From an uncultured candidate division Zixibacteria bacterium (GTDB lineage: Bacteria > Zixibacteria > MSB-5A5 > RBG-16-43-9): 64,000 nucleotides of DNA. Within the stretch, counting starts at the first letter, position 1. Every line of letters begins with the position of its first letter. The stretch covers positions 2,368,001 to 2,432,000 of the forward strand of contig OY970208.1 of NCBI GenBank assembly GCA_963713865.1. Direction: 5' to 3'. Under the pieces are notes generated by a model. The model ran no database searches. It worked only from the letters and a program-made list of their open reading frames with translations, and had not been told where the DNA came from. The position numbers and the translations under genes were made by a program. Positions 10,272 through 20,101 of the stretch are shown in pieces.

Positions 10272-10649
10272 TTAGAAATTCCGCTCTTTAATCTTGGTTG
10301 CAGTATTTTTGATTTCCAGCCGTATCAACCCGATATTCACATTGGGTTCAGTTGTAACCACTAATATCCCGAAGCCAACATCTGTGAAAAAAAGTTTCCC
10401 CTGTTCGCCTTCAATCGTCATCTGTCTCAGGGCAGTAGTTTTTAATCTCTCTAAGGATTTCTGGACCGTGCTGACGATTGATGCCGCTAGAGCTCCCACT
10501 GTCTCATCCTGAAACCGGGTGTCTAAATCTGCGGCAATAATAATGCCATCATTTCCCACCAGCATACTTCCGGTGATACCGCTAGTCTTATTAAGCTCCT
10601 CTAAGATCTGATACATTTTTTCCCTCCTCCAATCCCGGGAGTTTTCCAT
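10272..10649 (-). CDS. Stand-alone roadblock/LC7 domain protein (true start probably the internal MYQIL)
   Basis: GITGSMLVGNDGIIIA...NIGLIRLEI roadblock pattern. Confidence 0.85.
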   Translation of the reverse strand: MENSRDWRREKMYQILEELNKTSGITGSMLVGNDGIIIAADLDTRFQDETVGALAASIVSTVQKSLERLKTTALRQMTIEGEQGKLFFTDVGFGILVVTTEPNVNIGLIRLEIKNTATKIKERNF

Positions 10650-11493
10650 ATCTTTCTTTTATGAATTTTTTAAGCATCTCAGCTGCTCTTATTATTCGTA
10701 TACTAAGCAATTCATCTGTATTCCGGCTGGCTATAGTCACCAGGGTGAAATCTAAAACCCGGTTCAAATTTATCCACCTTCCGGATGTGAAAAACTGAAT
10801 CCTATCCACCCTGGATTCTCCTATCTTCTTTAAGATGTCAGAGTTCATCTCCTCCAGGCTTAAAGCTAAAGGAGCAATCTTTTCCCCATCCAACCCTTCT
10901 TCACAATCCTGCCCCACCAACAGACCTTCGGAATCTACTAAAAATGCTCCTTCCACTCCGGAATAATCTTTAAGGTAACTCAACGCATTTTCTAAAGTGC
11001 TCTCCTTTATCTCAGCTTTTGGATGAAGTGGAATTACCTCCTCTTTCACCTCGGGTAGAGGTCTTGATCTTTCAAGTTTTTTTTCTCTTTCCAATTTGTA
11101 GATCTTATCCCCGAATGAGAATTTGAAAATAAAAGGTACTAAAACTATCTGAAACAGAATCGAGGGAAGGTAAGCTAACATTCCCAGCTTCAGAGAAAGA
11201 AGTAAATTATAAGAGAACATAAAAGAAATAAGCACCCCAAAGACAAAACCTATGGTAATCCTTAGGAGGAGACTGAAAAAAGAATATACTAAGATTAGAG
11301 AAAAGGAGAGAAAAGGGAAAAGGAAAAAGTAAACCAGGATATACCATATGAACTCAAACGGAAAAAGAAAAAACGGGTTGATCCCAGTCTCTAAATTCTT
11401 TGGAAAAAAGAGAAGCGGGAAAACCGCCAGAAAAGCAGAGAGTATAAAAAGTTGTCGATATTCTTTAAAACTATCTTTATCAGGTTTTTCCAT
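10591..11493 (-). CDS. Multi-TM membrane protein with C-terminal roadblock/LC7 domain
   Basis: About four hydrophobic helices in residues ~14-125, then GVEGAFLVDSEGLLV...LLSIRI. Confidence 0.8.
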   Translation of the reverse strand: MEKPDKDSFKEYRQLFILSAFLAVFPLLFFPKNLETGINPFFLFPFEFIWYILVYFFLFPFLSFSLILVYSFFSLLLRITIGFVFGVLISFMFSYNLLLSLKLGMLAYLPSILFQIVLVPFIFKFSFGDKIYKLEREKKLERSRPLPEVKEEVIPLHPKAEIKESTLENALSYLKDYSGVEGAFLVDSEGLLVGQDCEEGLDGEKIAPLALSLEEMNSDILKKIGESRVDRIQFFTSGRWINLNRVLDFTLVTIASRNTDELLSIRIIRAAEMLKKFIKERYGKLPGLEEGKNVSDLRGA

Positions 11494-11512
11494 CTTTTTG
11501 TCCTTAAATAAA

Positions 11513-12361
11513 TTACTCTTCAGCCAGTCGCCCTAAGATCTGGTCAACCCGTATCTTTAAATACCCTAAATTAGCTTCACTCCTGCATACCAATAACAAA
11601 ATATTTCTTTTTAGTTTAATTGTCCAGAAGCTGAACTCTTCTGCTTCTATCAAAAACTGCTCCAGGTTTCCGAAATTGAGCCTGGGCAAACCTGCTTTTA
11701 TCTCTCTGAAAAGCTCGGCGATAACTGCACCTGAGTTTTCCTGGTTTAAATCGATCTTTAATCTATTTTCTCTAACTAACCCATCCTCACCTACAACCAG
11801 TGCTGCCATAAGATTTGGCAGAGAGGTTAATGAAAAAAGGACTTCTGAAAAAGGTAGATTTTTTTCGACTTTTAGCGGCTCATCTTCTCCTCGAGCCGGT
11901 ACTTCAGGAGGTGTGAATACCACGCCTCTTCTTTTTTCCTCCTTCAAACCTTTCTGAACTTCTTCCAGAAGCGATTTGAGGATTGGGTTCTTTTTGTCAG
12001 TCGATAGAAGTTTTTCAACCATACTTTTCGCCTCTCTAAACTCACCTTTTTTGACCATTATCTGAACAAGAAGCTGTTCTGTAACCCGCGTCCTGCCATC
12101 TGCCTTTATGGCTAAAAGAAGTTCTTTTTCCGCCTCCGAATACATCTCCCGGTCAAAGTTGACCTTAGCCATAATCAGATGGCCAGCTCCATAATCTGGA
12201 TGGTTTTTTAATCCACCCCGGCAAATTTCAAACGACTTGTCCAGCTCTCCTTTTTTCCGGTAAGCTTCTGCCAGAGCGGCAAATATTTGAGAGTCCGGAT
12301 GTTCGGAAAGGATTTTTCGGCACTTCTCTATCCTTTCTTCCAATTCAAGCAATTCTGCCAT
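11513..12361 (-). CDS. TPR-repeat protein with C-terminal roadblock/LC7 domain
   Basis: FAALAEAYRKKGELDKS..IC..GL..HPDY TPR helices; C-terminal MAALVVGEDGLV...ANLGYLKI. Confidence 0.8.
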   Translation of the reverse strand: MAELLELEERIEKCRKILSEHPDSQIFAALAEAYRKKGELDKSFEICRGGLKNHPDYGAGHLIMAKVNFDREMYSEAEKELLLAIKADGRTRVTEQLLVQIMVKKGEFREAKSMVEKLLSTDKKNPILKSLLEEVQKGLKEEKRRGVVFTPPEVPARGEDEPLKVEKNLPFSEVLFSLTSLPNLMAALVVGEDGLVRENRLKIDLNQENSGAVIAELFREIKAGLPRLNFGNLEQFLIEAEEFSFWTIKLKRNILLLVCRSEANLGYLKIRVDQILGRLAEE

Positions 12362-12484
12362 AATCTTTTCTCTCTAAAAAAGATATACCATAAAATTTAT
12401 CGACAGTTTAAAGAGATAACTTTACTGTAAAAGAATACACTCTACCGGTCCGGGAAACGGATCTGTAGGATATCGTGACAGTTT

Positions 12485-12871
12485 TCAGCCGAGTTTCTTC
12501 CTTATCCGGATGAATCCAAAAACCAGTAGGATAAAGCCAAAAAACTGTAAAAGCAAAACAAAAGCTGAAATGCTATTTATCGCCCCTAAACTGCTCAGGA
12601 ATTCCAGGAAAATGGAGACAAATAAAATCGATAAGGCTATGCTTGATAAAACCCAGGCGGAGGAGAGTTCCCCGCCTTTAAGCAGTGAATGGATTTTGAG
12701 AGCAAAAAATATTCCGCCGCCTAACACTGTTAGGATAAAAATCGATAACAAAGCTCCTGCAAAGGAAACCTCCCCTTTACTCTGCTCCTGAGCCAGACAA
12801 TCTCTTCCGGAGAAAAAAAACAAGACTAAGATCATTAATCCCAGATGAAATTTTGATTTAAGTCTGAGCAA
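12485..12871 (-). CDS. Small membrane protein (signal-like N-terminus + ~3 TM), function unknown
   Basis: Hydrophobicity pattern; GGAGG RBS before TTG start. Confidence 0.65.
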   Translation of the reverse strand: MLRLKSKFHLGLMILVLFFFSGRDCLAQEQSKGEVSFAGALLSIFILTVLGGGIFFALKIHSLLKGGELSSAWVLSSIALSILFVSIFLEFLSSLGAINSISAFVLLLQFFGFILLVFGFIRIRKKLG

Positions 12872-12880
12872 CCATCCCTC

Positions 12881-14086
12881 CTAAGCTATCTCCTCGCCTT
12901 TTAAAGCAAGTTTGAGAATTCTGTACAGATCATCCTCTATATCAAATTTTTTAACGATCTCCATCTCCTTCAAAAAATAATGAGCTGTGCTTTTTTTAAT
13001 CTCGCCAATCATCTTCCGGGTGATATCTTCTCCTACGAAATGATAGGCTAAGGTCAGATAACTTAAAAGCAAACTCTGCAATCCCTGAAAGATCTGATGA
13101 AATCTAATCTCTTCTGGAATCTTGTACAGAGATATATTGCGATAGGCTTCTGTTAATTCCCGGGATTGAATCAAGGTTCCGTTTTTCATTAAATGATTTA
13201 AAACCGGAAATATGGATTTTTTTTGATTTAGAGCTTTATCCCAGAGTTTTTCCTGAACCTTACCTAACTTCTGTACCAGAATTTTGTCCACAACTGAATA
13301 GCTGGTGGAGAATACCTGAAGCAATATCTCGATTATAACTGCTTCTTCTCTTTTTTTATCTTTTTTGGTTTGGGTTTTTTCGCCGGGGATAACCAATCCC
13401 TGATCCAGTAGCCTCAGCAGCGCCCTGGATGCATCGTATTCACCTAACGGGCTTTCCGCTAAAATATCCGGATAAGTTTTATCCCCGTCTACCATAAGCA
13501 GGGTTTTGAATTCACCCAGGCTAAGATTTATGGCATTGGACCCGATTTTAGGATTAGGATTTCCTTTCAGAATCACATTGTCTTTAGGAAGACTTTTCTG
13601 CATCTCCAACATCTCGTCGATTTTCCTGGTTCCTTCCATGATGACATTAATCGTATTCATATTGGTGGTTATCTGTCCCTCGACCGGCTCTTTGCCATCC
13701 TGAAAAGTAAAATCACCTTCCTTCCAGCTAAAAAGATTATAGACGATCTCCTCGATCTGCAGTTTCAAACAGGCCACCAGTTCCTCTTTTTTCAATAAAC
13801 CCATCTCTACAATGGTTACGCCAATCCTCTTGCCCGTAGTCCGGTGAAGTTTCAAGACCTCGTTTAACTCTTGCTGTGAGATCTTACCTAACCTTAAAAG
13901 AAGATTCCCCAGGAGCTCCTCTTCAGCATTAGAGGAAGTAGCATAAACTATATTCCCTTCCTGGAAATAAATTTCTTTTCTCTGAGTCTGGCGCATCAGG
14001 GTGAGCATACCGCTCTTTTTGCTGGAGCTGATCAACTGCAACAGATCAGGAAAAGAGACTGTATTTAGATTCCCCGTTAAACTCAT
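12881..14086 (-). CDS. DUF4388 (PatA-N-like) protein with MshEN-like segment
   Basis: MSLTGNL...FPDLLQLI...KSGML...IYF.EG.IV.A and LFSWKEGDF.F; LGNLLLRLGKIS...RIG. Confidence 0.8.
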   Translation of the reverse strand: MSLTGNLNTVSFPDLLQLISSSKKSGMLTLMRQTQRKEIYFQEGNIVYATSSNAEEELLGNLLLRLGKISQQELNEVLKLHRTTGKRIGVTIVEMGLLKKEELVACLKLQIEEIVYNLFSWKEGDFTFQDGKEPVEGQITTNMNTINVIMEGTRKIDEMLEMQKSLPKDNVILKGNPNPKIGSNAINLSLGEFKTLLMVDGDKTYPDILAESPLGEYDASRALLRLLDQGLVIPGEKTQTKKDKKREEAVIIEILLQVFSTSYSVVDKILVQKLGKVQEKLWDKALNQKKSIFPVLNHLMKNGTLIQSRELTEAYRNISLYKIPEEIRFHQIFQGLQSLLLSYLTLAYHFVGEDITRKMIGEIKKSTAHYFLKEMEIVKKFDIEDDLYRILKLALKGEEIA

Positions 14087-14087
14087 C

Positions 14088-16383
14088 TTAAAGCTTACCG
14101 ATTAATTTTTCCTTTCTCAAGGCTGTTTTGATTTGATACTTTGCTTCCTTAACCTCAATTACTACCGCGCCCAGCTTTGAAGTCTCGAAAATCTCTTTAA
14201 GGTCAGCCTTGAAAAAATTAAGCCTCTTATAGCCTGATATAATTAGTTTTAAATCATTTTTTTCATTCAGGTAATGACCTATCCAGCCTGAATCTTCTCC
14301 TTGCAGATTAAAACTTACTATATCGGGTTTTAACTTGATGGCTAAGCTTTCCGGGAAAGAACCTTCAGCCAGCAACAGCTTAAATTTCCCGTAACTCAGC
14401 ATCAAAGGGGGATTATGTTCAAATATCCCCCTTTCAAATTTTTTATCGGGATAAATCGAGAAAACCTTAACTCTTGACCAGAACCTGATTTAACTCTTTC
14501 AAATCTCTGATTCCGACTTTAGCTCCATAAAGTTTTTTTAAAACCGGGCTCCCATCCTCAACCACCCAGATCTCTTTCACCTTTATCTCTCTTAGAAGCT
14601 CGGAAACTTTTTCCTCTAACCTTTTTTCATCTGTAAGGATCAGCCCATCCAGCTGGTTAATCCCTTTTTTATAAAGAAAAGGAAGGATAATCCTTTCCAC
14701 CTCCTGAGGGTCTTCTGATAGATTTATCAATACTTTTTTGCTCTGGGGAGCTTCTACCAGAACTGCCTCACCTGAAGCTGAAAGATAGGTGATTCTCAGT
14801 TCGGATGACCGGTTGTTAAGGGAATTAAAAATCAAAAGAAAACCTACCCAGAAAAAACCCATAAAAGACAATATTAACAAGAATGCTTTTAGACTTTTTT
14901 GAAAAATAGCTGCAAAAAGAGAAAGATAAAAAGTTAAAATGAAAAGATAGGAGGGTGAAGAGACTTTCAAATCTGCATAAGGAAGGGAAGAGAAAAAAGA
15001 TAGAATTCTCAGTATAAGCTCCAAACAAAGCCAGTTGAAAGAAGTAAATACAATAGATAGCTTCAAGCTTAAAAGGCTGATCAGAAGTGAAATCGCCCCT
15101 ACCATAACTACTAAACCGGTGAGCGGTACGATAAAAAGATTAGCCAAAAGGGAATAAATAGAGAATTTATTAAAATAATAAGCTGTAACCGGATAGGTGA
15201 AAAGCTGAGCTGAGAGTGAAACAAAAAAGGGAAGCGCTATATAATATTTGAAGAACCGGTTTTTGAGTTTGGAGAGGAAAAGCTTCTCCAATTTTGGAAC
15301 CCAGAGGATCAAACCCAGGGTAGCCGCAAAAGATAATTGAAAACCGACATCGAAAAGAGAAGATGGATTTGCGAAAAGTATTACCAGGGCCGCCAAAGCC
15401 CAGATATTGATCAAATCCCTTTCCCGCTCGACCAGAAGTGAAATAAGGAAAATTGAGGCCATAATCGAGGCTCTAACCACAGAGGGCTGGTTCCCGGTAA
15501 CAAAAGAGAATATTATGATCAGGAGAAAAACTAAAAGTAATGAGACCTGGTAAGGTATCCTCAAAAGTTTGAAAGCTCCAAAAAAGACAAGAACAACTAT
15601 AGCCACGTTTGAGCCGGATATGGCTAAAAGATGAAGGGTGCCGGTATCGGTGAAAAGCTTATAGACCTCCTGTGGAATACCTCTTCTCTCCCCTAAGACA
15701 AAACCGCTCAAAATTGCTTGGTGAGAGCCGGTCAGGCTGCTCTTAAAGAAATTAAGAATATAATATTTCACTGGAAGAATTATCTTGGAGATAAAAAAAT
15801 TACCTTCCCCCCTCTCTAATATCTTTACTTCAGAATCACTCCGTAAATTCAGGCAACCAAAGATTTCCCTGGTGCTAAGATATTTTCTATAATCAAAAGC
15901 CCCCGGATTTTTGGGAGGGAAAGGAGAGTAAAGATAACCCTTGAGCTGAATCAAATCACCGTAATTGAAAAGGCTGGTCGGCTGTTTGATTTTCAAAAGG
16001 ATTTTACCGGTGGTTTTAATCTTCTTATGATTAAAAGACAATTCCCGGGTATCCATCTCTAAAAATGTTTTATCCTCTCTTATATCCGGGTCTTTACAGA
16101 TGATGCCGATCAGCTCAACCTTGCCATATTGTTTTGTGAAATTAGAGATGTGATTTATGGGTAAGTCCCTGGTTTTTAACTCGTATCTCCAGAATCCGGC
16201 TACGATCAAAAGAAGAGTCAGGAGAATAAACCAGGTCTTCTTTTCCTGACGAAAAAAGAACAGTAGAAAAAGTAAACACAAAATAAGGAAGAGTAAAATC
16301 AGTGTAGACAGGTTCAGGTAATCCCCCAAAAGAATCCCGATAATATAAGCCAGCAGTGCCAGAAGAGCTGGTCTGCGTTTCAA
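14088..16383 (-). CDS. comEC: ComEC/Rec2 DNA uptake channel; C-terminal ~125 aa shifted by an apparent +1 frameshift near 14470-14490
   Basis: NPGAFDY, GTLHLLAISGSN, SVVRASIM, GFQLSFAA motifs; the shifted frame reads VKVFSIYP...LMLSYGKFKLLL, typical of the ComEC C-terminal domain. Confidence 0.88.
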
Positions 16384-17963
16384 GTTTTTCCCCTCTTGAA
16401 TCCTAAAATTCCCAATACTCGCTCGACTTCCTTTATCTTCAAAGCTTTGGCAAAGAAAAGATAGCTAAAAAAAGAAACCATAACCATAACGCTTACCAGG
16501 ACCAGTTTCTGGATTAAACTCCCTTTATCTAAATCCACCCGGTAGAGAAAAAGAAAACTCTGCAATAAAATACCCATTAAAAAAGAGGCTAAAAGAATTT
16601 TCAGGAAACTGTCTCTCAAATCTTTTTTATCAAAAGGTCCAACCCTCTTATCCAGTTTATTAAAAAGGATGGACATATTCAGGACAGCCGAAATAGAAGT
16701 AGCTAAAGCCAGTCCACGAAAACTTAAAGAATGCATAAGGACCAGATTCAAGCTGATGTTAGCCCCAACTGCAATAGCACTGCTAATCACCGGCACTTTA
16801 GCTTCACCTAAGGCATAGAAAACCGGTGCTAAAACCCGGACCGAGGCATAGGCGAAAAGCCCGAGGGCATAGAGGATCAGTGCCTGAGAGGTAGCTTGCG
16901 TGTCTGTGTAAATAAATTTCCCATGTTGATATAAAAGGGAGATGATCGGCTTTGCGCCAACTGCTAAAAAGATGGTTGAGGGTAAAGTCAAGAAAAAGAT
17001 AAGTTTCAGAGAAGAGCCGCAGGTGGAGACAAGTTCTTCAAAATTTTTCTGTGCCGCCTTTGCAGCTAAAATCGGAAAGGTAACCGTAGCAACTGCAACC
17101 CCGAAAACCCCTAAGGGGAAATTCATTAACCTGAAACTGTAATTCAAATAGGAAACGCTCCCCTGGGGTAAAAGGGAAGCTATTAAAGTATTGACGAAGA
17201 TATTTACCTGAGTGGAAGCTAATCCTAATATAGCTGGAGTCATCAGCCAGAGGATTTTTTTTACTCCCGGGTCTTTCCAGTCCAGGATCGGTTTGTATCT
17301 ATACCCTGATCTGAACAATACCGGCACCTGGATGAATAGTTGTCCAGCCCCGCCTAAAAGCACTCCCACAGCCATCCCGATGATCGGTGTTTTCAAAAAT
17401 GGGGAGATTAGAAATCCGGCTAAGATCATCCCTAAATTCAGCATTGTCGGGGCTAAAGCAGGTGCTCCAAACTTTCCTAAGGAGTTTAAAATCCCCATAC
17501 AAACCGCGGCTAAAGAGACCAGAAGCAGAAACGGGAACATTATCCGCGTCAAAAGGGTGGTCAGCTCTATCTTCCCTTCGATCTTATTAAACCCCGGAGC
17601 TATTAAATTGACAATCGCAGGGGAAAATATTATCCCTAAAATTATTATGATAGATAAAACGATTACCAGCAGGTTAATCACTAAATTAGTCAAACGAAAA
17701 GCATCTTCTTTCCCCTGAAGAGTTAGCTTTTCAGTGAAAACCGGTATAAAAGCGCTGGAGAGCGCCCCCTCAGCTAAAAGGTCTCTTAATAGATTGGGGA
17801 TGCGAAAAGCCGCCACAAAGGCATCTGTGGCTAAGCCTGCCCCGAAAAGATAGGCGAAAACCTGCTCCCTTATAAGCCCGAAAACTCTGGACAAAAAAGT
17901 AGCAGAGCTGACTACTCCTGTAGACCTGACTATCTTATCTTTTGTTTCCTGAGTCTGCACCAT
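16380..17963 (-). CDS. murJ: Lipid II flippase MurJ (MviN)
   Basis: SRVFGLIRE, AFRIPNLLRDLLAEGALSSAFIP. Confidence 0.95.
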   Translation of the reverse strand: MVQTQETKDKIVRSTGVVSSATFLSRVFGLIREQVFAYLFGAGLATDAFVAAFRIPNLLRDLLAEGALSSAFIPVFTEKLTLQGKEDAFRLTNLVINLLVIVLSIIIILGIIFSPAIVNLIAPGFNKIEGKIELTTLLTRIMFPFLLLVSLAAVCMGILNSLGKFGAPALAPTMLNLGMILAGFLISPFLKTPIIGMAVGVLLGGAGQLFIQVPVLFRSGYRYKPILDWKDPGVKKILWLMTPAILGLASTQVNIFVNTLIASLLPQGSVSYLNYSFRLMNFPLGVFGVAVATVTFPILAAKAAQKNFEELVSTCGSSLKLIFFLTLPSTIFLAVGAKPIISLLYQHGKFIYTDTQATSQALILYALGLFAYASVRVLAPVFYALGEAKVPVISSAIAVGANISLNLVLMHSLSFRGLALATSISAVLNMSILFNKLDKRVGPFDKKDLRDSFLKILLASFLMGILLQSFLFLYRVDLDKGSLIQKLVLVSVMVMVSFFSYLFFAKALKIKEVERVLGILGFKRGKT

Positions 17964-18059
17964 TCTTAATTAATTTTGCAGGGGTAATTCATGATTTACC
18001 CCTGCTTCCTGTCTGAATATAATCTATCTTCAAAACATATAAAACTAAATCTTTTTCAA

Positions 18060-18087
18060 TTGACAAACAAAGATTTTTCTTTATATT
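18060..18087 (+). promoter_or_regulatory. sigma70-type promoter of rpsT
   Basis: TTGACA-16 nt-TATATT, then AAGGAGG RBS and TTG start. Confidence 0.55.
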
Positions 18088-18115
18088 TACCCTTCAAAAT
18101 TGCAAAGGAGGAAAT

Positions 18116-18403
18116 TTGCCAGCGCGCAGAGTTACAGTTCATAAAGACGTCATCAAGAGGTTAAGAACCAGTTTAAAAGCCAGGGAAAGTAACCGGGAGA
18201 TCAAGTCACACCTAAAAAATCTGGTAAAGAAGGCGGAGACAAAACCCGATACTGAAAATCTCAAAAACGCATTCTCCCTTCTGGACAAAGCTTCCCGGAA
18301 AAAAGTCATCCCTAAAAACACTGCTTCCCGGATAAAATCCAGAATTTCCAGGCTCTTGAACAAAGCTACCAAACCAGGTGCCGGATCAAAAGCAGAAGCT
18401 TAG
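18116..18403 (+). CDS. rpsT: 30S ribosomal protein S20
   Basis: Basic 95 aa, LDKA..K.VI.KN.ASR.KSR motif; usual position divergent from murJ. Confidence 0.88.
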   Translation: MPARRVTVHKDVIKRLRTSLKARESNREIKSHLKNLVKKAETKPDTENLKNAFSLLDKASRKKVIPKNTASRIKSRISRLLNKATKPGAGSKAEA

Positions 18404-19559
18404 GATTTGATTTAAGAATAGTCATCAAAATCTCTAAGGAAGTAAGGCTGTTTAACTCTTTCTTTTCCAGATAGAGTTTTAAAAAGTCTATTACCTCCTC
18501 GAAATCCTCATCTTTCATTTTAAGGTATATCTTCCTGCAGAAAGAATAAAACCTCAACTCTCTCCCTTTTATTTTCATGAACTCCTCTTCATATTTCTTT
18601 AAATAAGCAAGAGGGGCTTCTTTATTCTTCAGATATTCTGAAGTAACCTGCCCGGCGATCCTCCCGGAGAGAAGTGCATTAGCAATCCCGGCACCGGAAA
18701 TAGAGTCAACCACTCTGGCTGCATCTCCTACAAAGAGAAGATTATCCTTAACCAGTTGACTTTTGCGGCTGTAAGCCGGTATCCCTCCAGTCATCCATTC
18801 TTCTACTAAAAAATTTTTGAACCTCTTCATTACAAAAAAATCTAATAGCTCCTTAGCCTTTTCCACCCCGGGCGGATTTCCAGAAACCGGAGTTATGGCC
18901 AAGCCCACATTAGCTGTATTTCTCCCCTTGGGAAAAACCCAGGCATATCCCCCCGGTGCTAACTTTGTGCCTAAATGAAATTCAGTACAATCTTCCTCTA
19001 TACTGTCGCTTTTTAGAAGATATTGATAAGCAGAATCCACCTCATTCAATTTCAGGCTGTTATCTAAACCTGCCCATCTGCCCACTAATGACTCAATCCC
19101 ATCCGCCGCGATAATTACCTTTGCTTGATATTCTAACTCTTTACCATCCTCTTTTACCTTTATACCGCAGATCTTCCCACGGTTATGGATTAAGCCATCT
19201 GCTTGAGTATTGAGTTTCAACCCCGCACCTGAGGATTGGGCTTTTAGAGCTAATTCTTTATCGAACAATTTACGATTAAGGACTAATCCCGCATTCGGGT
19301 AGGAGAATTTCAATTCTTTGCCGGAGGGACTTTTCAAAAGGATTTTATGAATGGGTGAACTTATCCAGGCTGGTTTGACTTCCCCGCAAATTGAAAGCCC
19401 TTTCGGGCTGATAGCTTCGGCACAGCATAAAGGTTGACCTGCCTCTTTATGTTTTTCTATTAAAAGTACATTATGTTGATTTTCAGCTAAGACTAAAGCC
19501 GCCATCGAGCCAGCCGGACCTGCCCCGACTATTATGCAGTCATAACTATCTTTCATCAT
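18366..19559 (-). CDS. Geranylgeranyl reductase family flavoprotein (DGGGPL reductase-like)
   Basis: GAGPAG, IAADG, PGGYAWVFPKG, VGDAA...SGAGI; start placed at MMKDSYD, overlapping the ferredoxin stop. Confidence 0.85.
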   Translation of the reverse strand: MMKDSYDCIIVGAGPAGSMAALVLAENQHNVLLIEKHKEAGQPLCCAEAISPKGLSICGEVKPAWISSPIHKILLKSPSGKELKFSYPNAGLVLNRKLFDKELALKAQSSGAGLKLNTQADGLIHNRGKICGIKVKEDGKELEYQAKVIIAADGIESLVGRWAGLDNSLKLNEVDSAYQYLLKSDSIEEDCTEFHLGTKLAPGGYAWVFPKGRNTANVGLAITPVSGNPPGVEKAKELLDFFVMKRFKNFLVEEWMTGGIPAYSRKSQLVKDNLLFVGDAARVVDSISGAGIANALLSGRIAGQVTSEYLKNKEAPLAYLKKYEEEFMKIKGRELRFYSFCRKIYLKMKDEDFEEVIDFLKLYLEKKELNSLTSLEILMTILKSNPKLLLLIRHLVW

Positions 19560-19731
19560 CCATCTCCAGCGCACCTGAGGGGCAGAAGATGACGCAGTCA
19601 TTGCATAGAACGCAGAGCTCTTCTTTTATCTTCAAACCCTGACTATCAAGCTCCAGTGCTTCAAAAGCGCAGACCGCTACACATCCACCACATTCCCCGC
19701 ACAGCTCTGGCCTTAATTTTAATTTGTCCAT
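19546..19731 (-). CDS. 2x[4Fe-4S] ferredoxin
   Basis: CGECGGCVAVC and CVLCNDCVIFCP. Confidence 0.9.
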   Translation of the reverse strand: MDKLKLRPELCGECGGCVAVCAFEALELDSQGLKIKEELCVLCNDCVIFCPSGALEMDDER

Positions 19732-20027
19732 ATCTTATTCAAAAAATGATGGAGTAATTTAACCTTAGCCTTAAAAAAACTCAAGGAATTTTTTGAATTT
19801 ATTTTTATGCATTGGTTTTTTATACGTAGTGCGGCCCAGCTTGTCCCGCCATCGGCGGGATCAGGGTCTCCTGAAAAATATAGAGTCGCATGTGATGCGT
19901 CTCTACAATCTGAAAAAAACGGGAAGGGACAAGCTCCTCCCTTACGAAAACCTCATTTTACATTTTCTATCTTCCTTTTTTCATTTTATTTTTATGGAGG
20001 GCTAAAAAATTTCTCCTTAAAAAAAGC

Positions 20028-20055
20028 TTGACATTTAGAAGAGGATAAATAAAAT
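20028..20055 (+). promoter_or_regulatory. sigma70-type promoter of the Rieske/cytochrome b operon
   Basis: TTGACA-16 nt-TAAAAT. Confidence 0.5.
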
Positions 20056-20101
20056 ATCAACTGGTTACAATTCTGGATAAATCTACTTTGTTAAACTAAG
20101 C

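Noticed and set aside
14088-14405. Separate 105 aa gene
   Set aside because: Better explained as the frameshifted C-terminus of comEC
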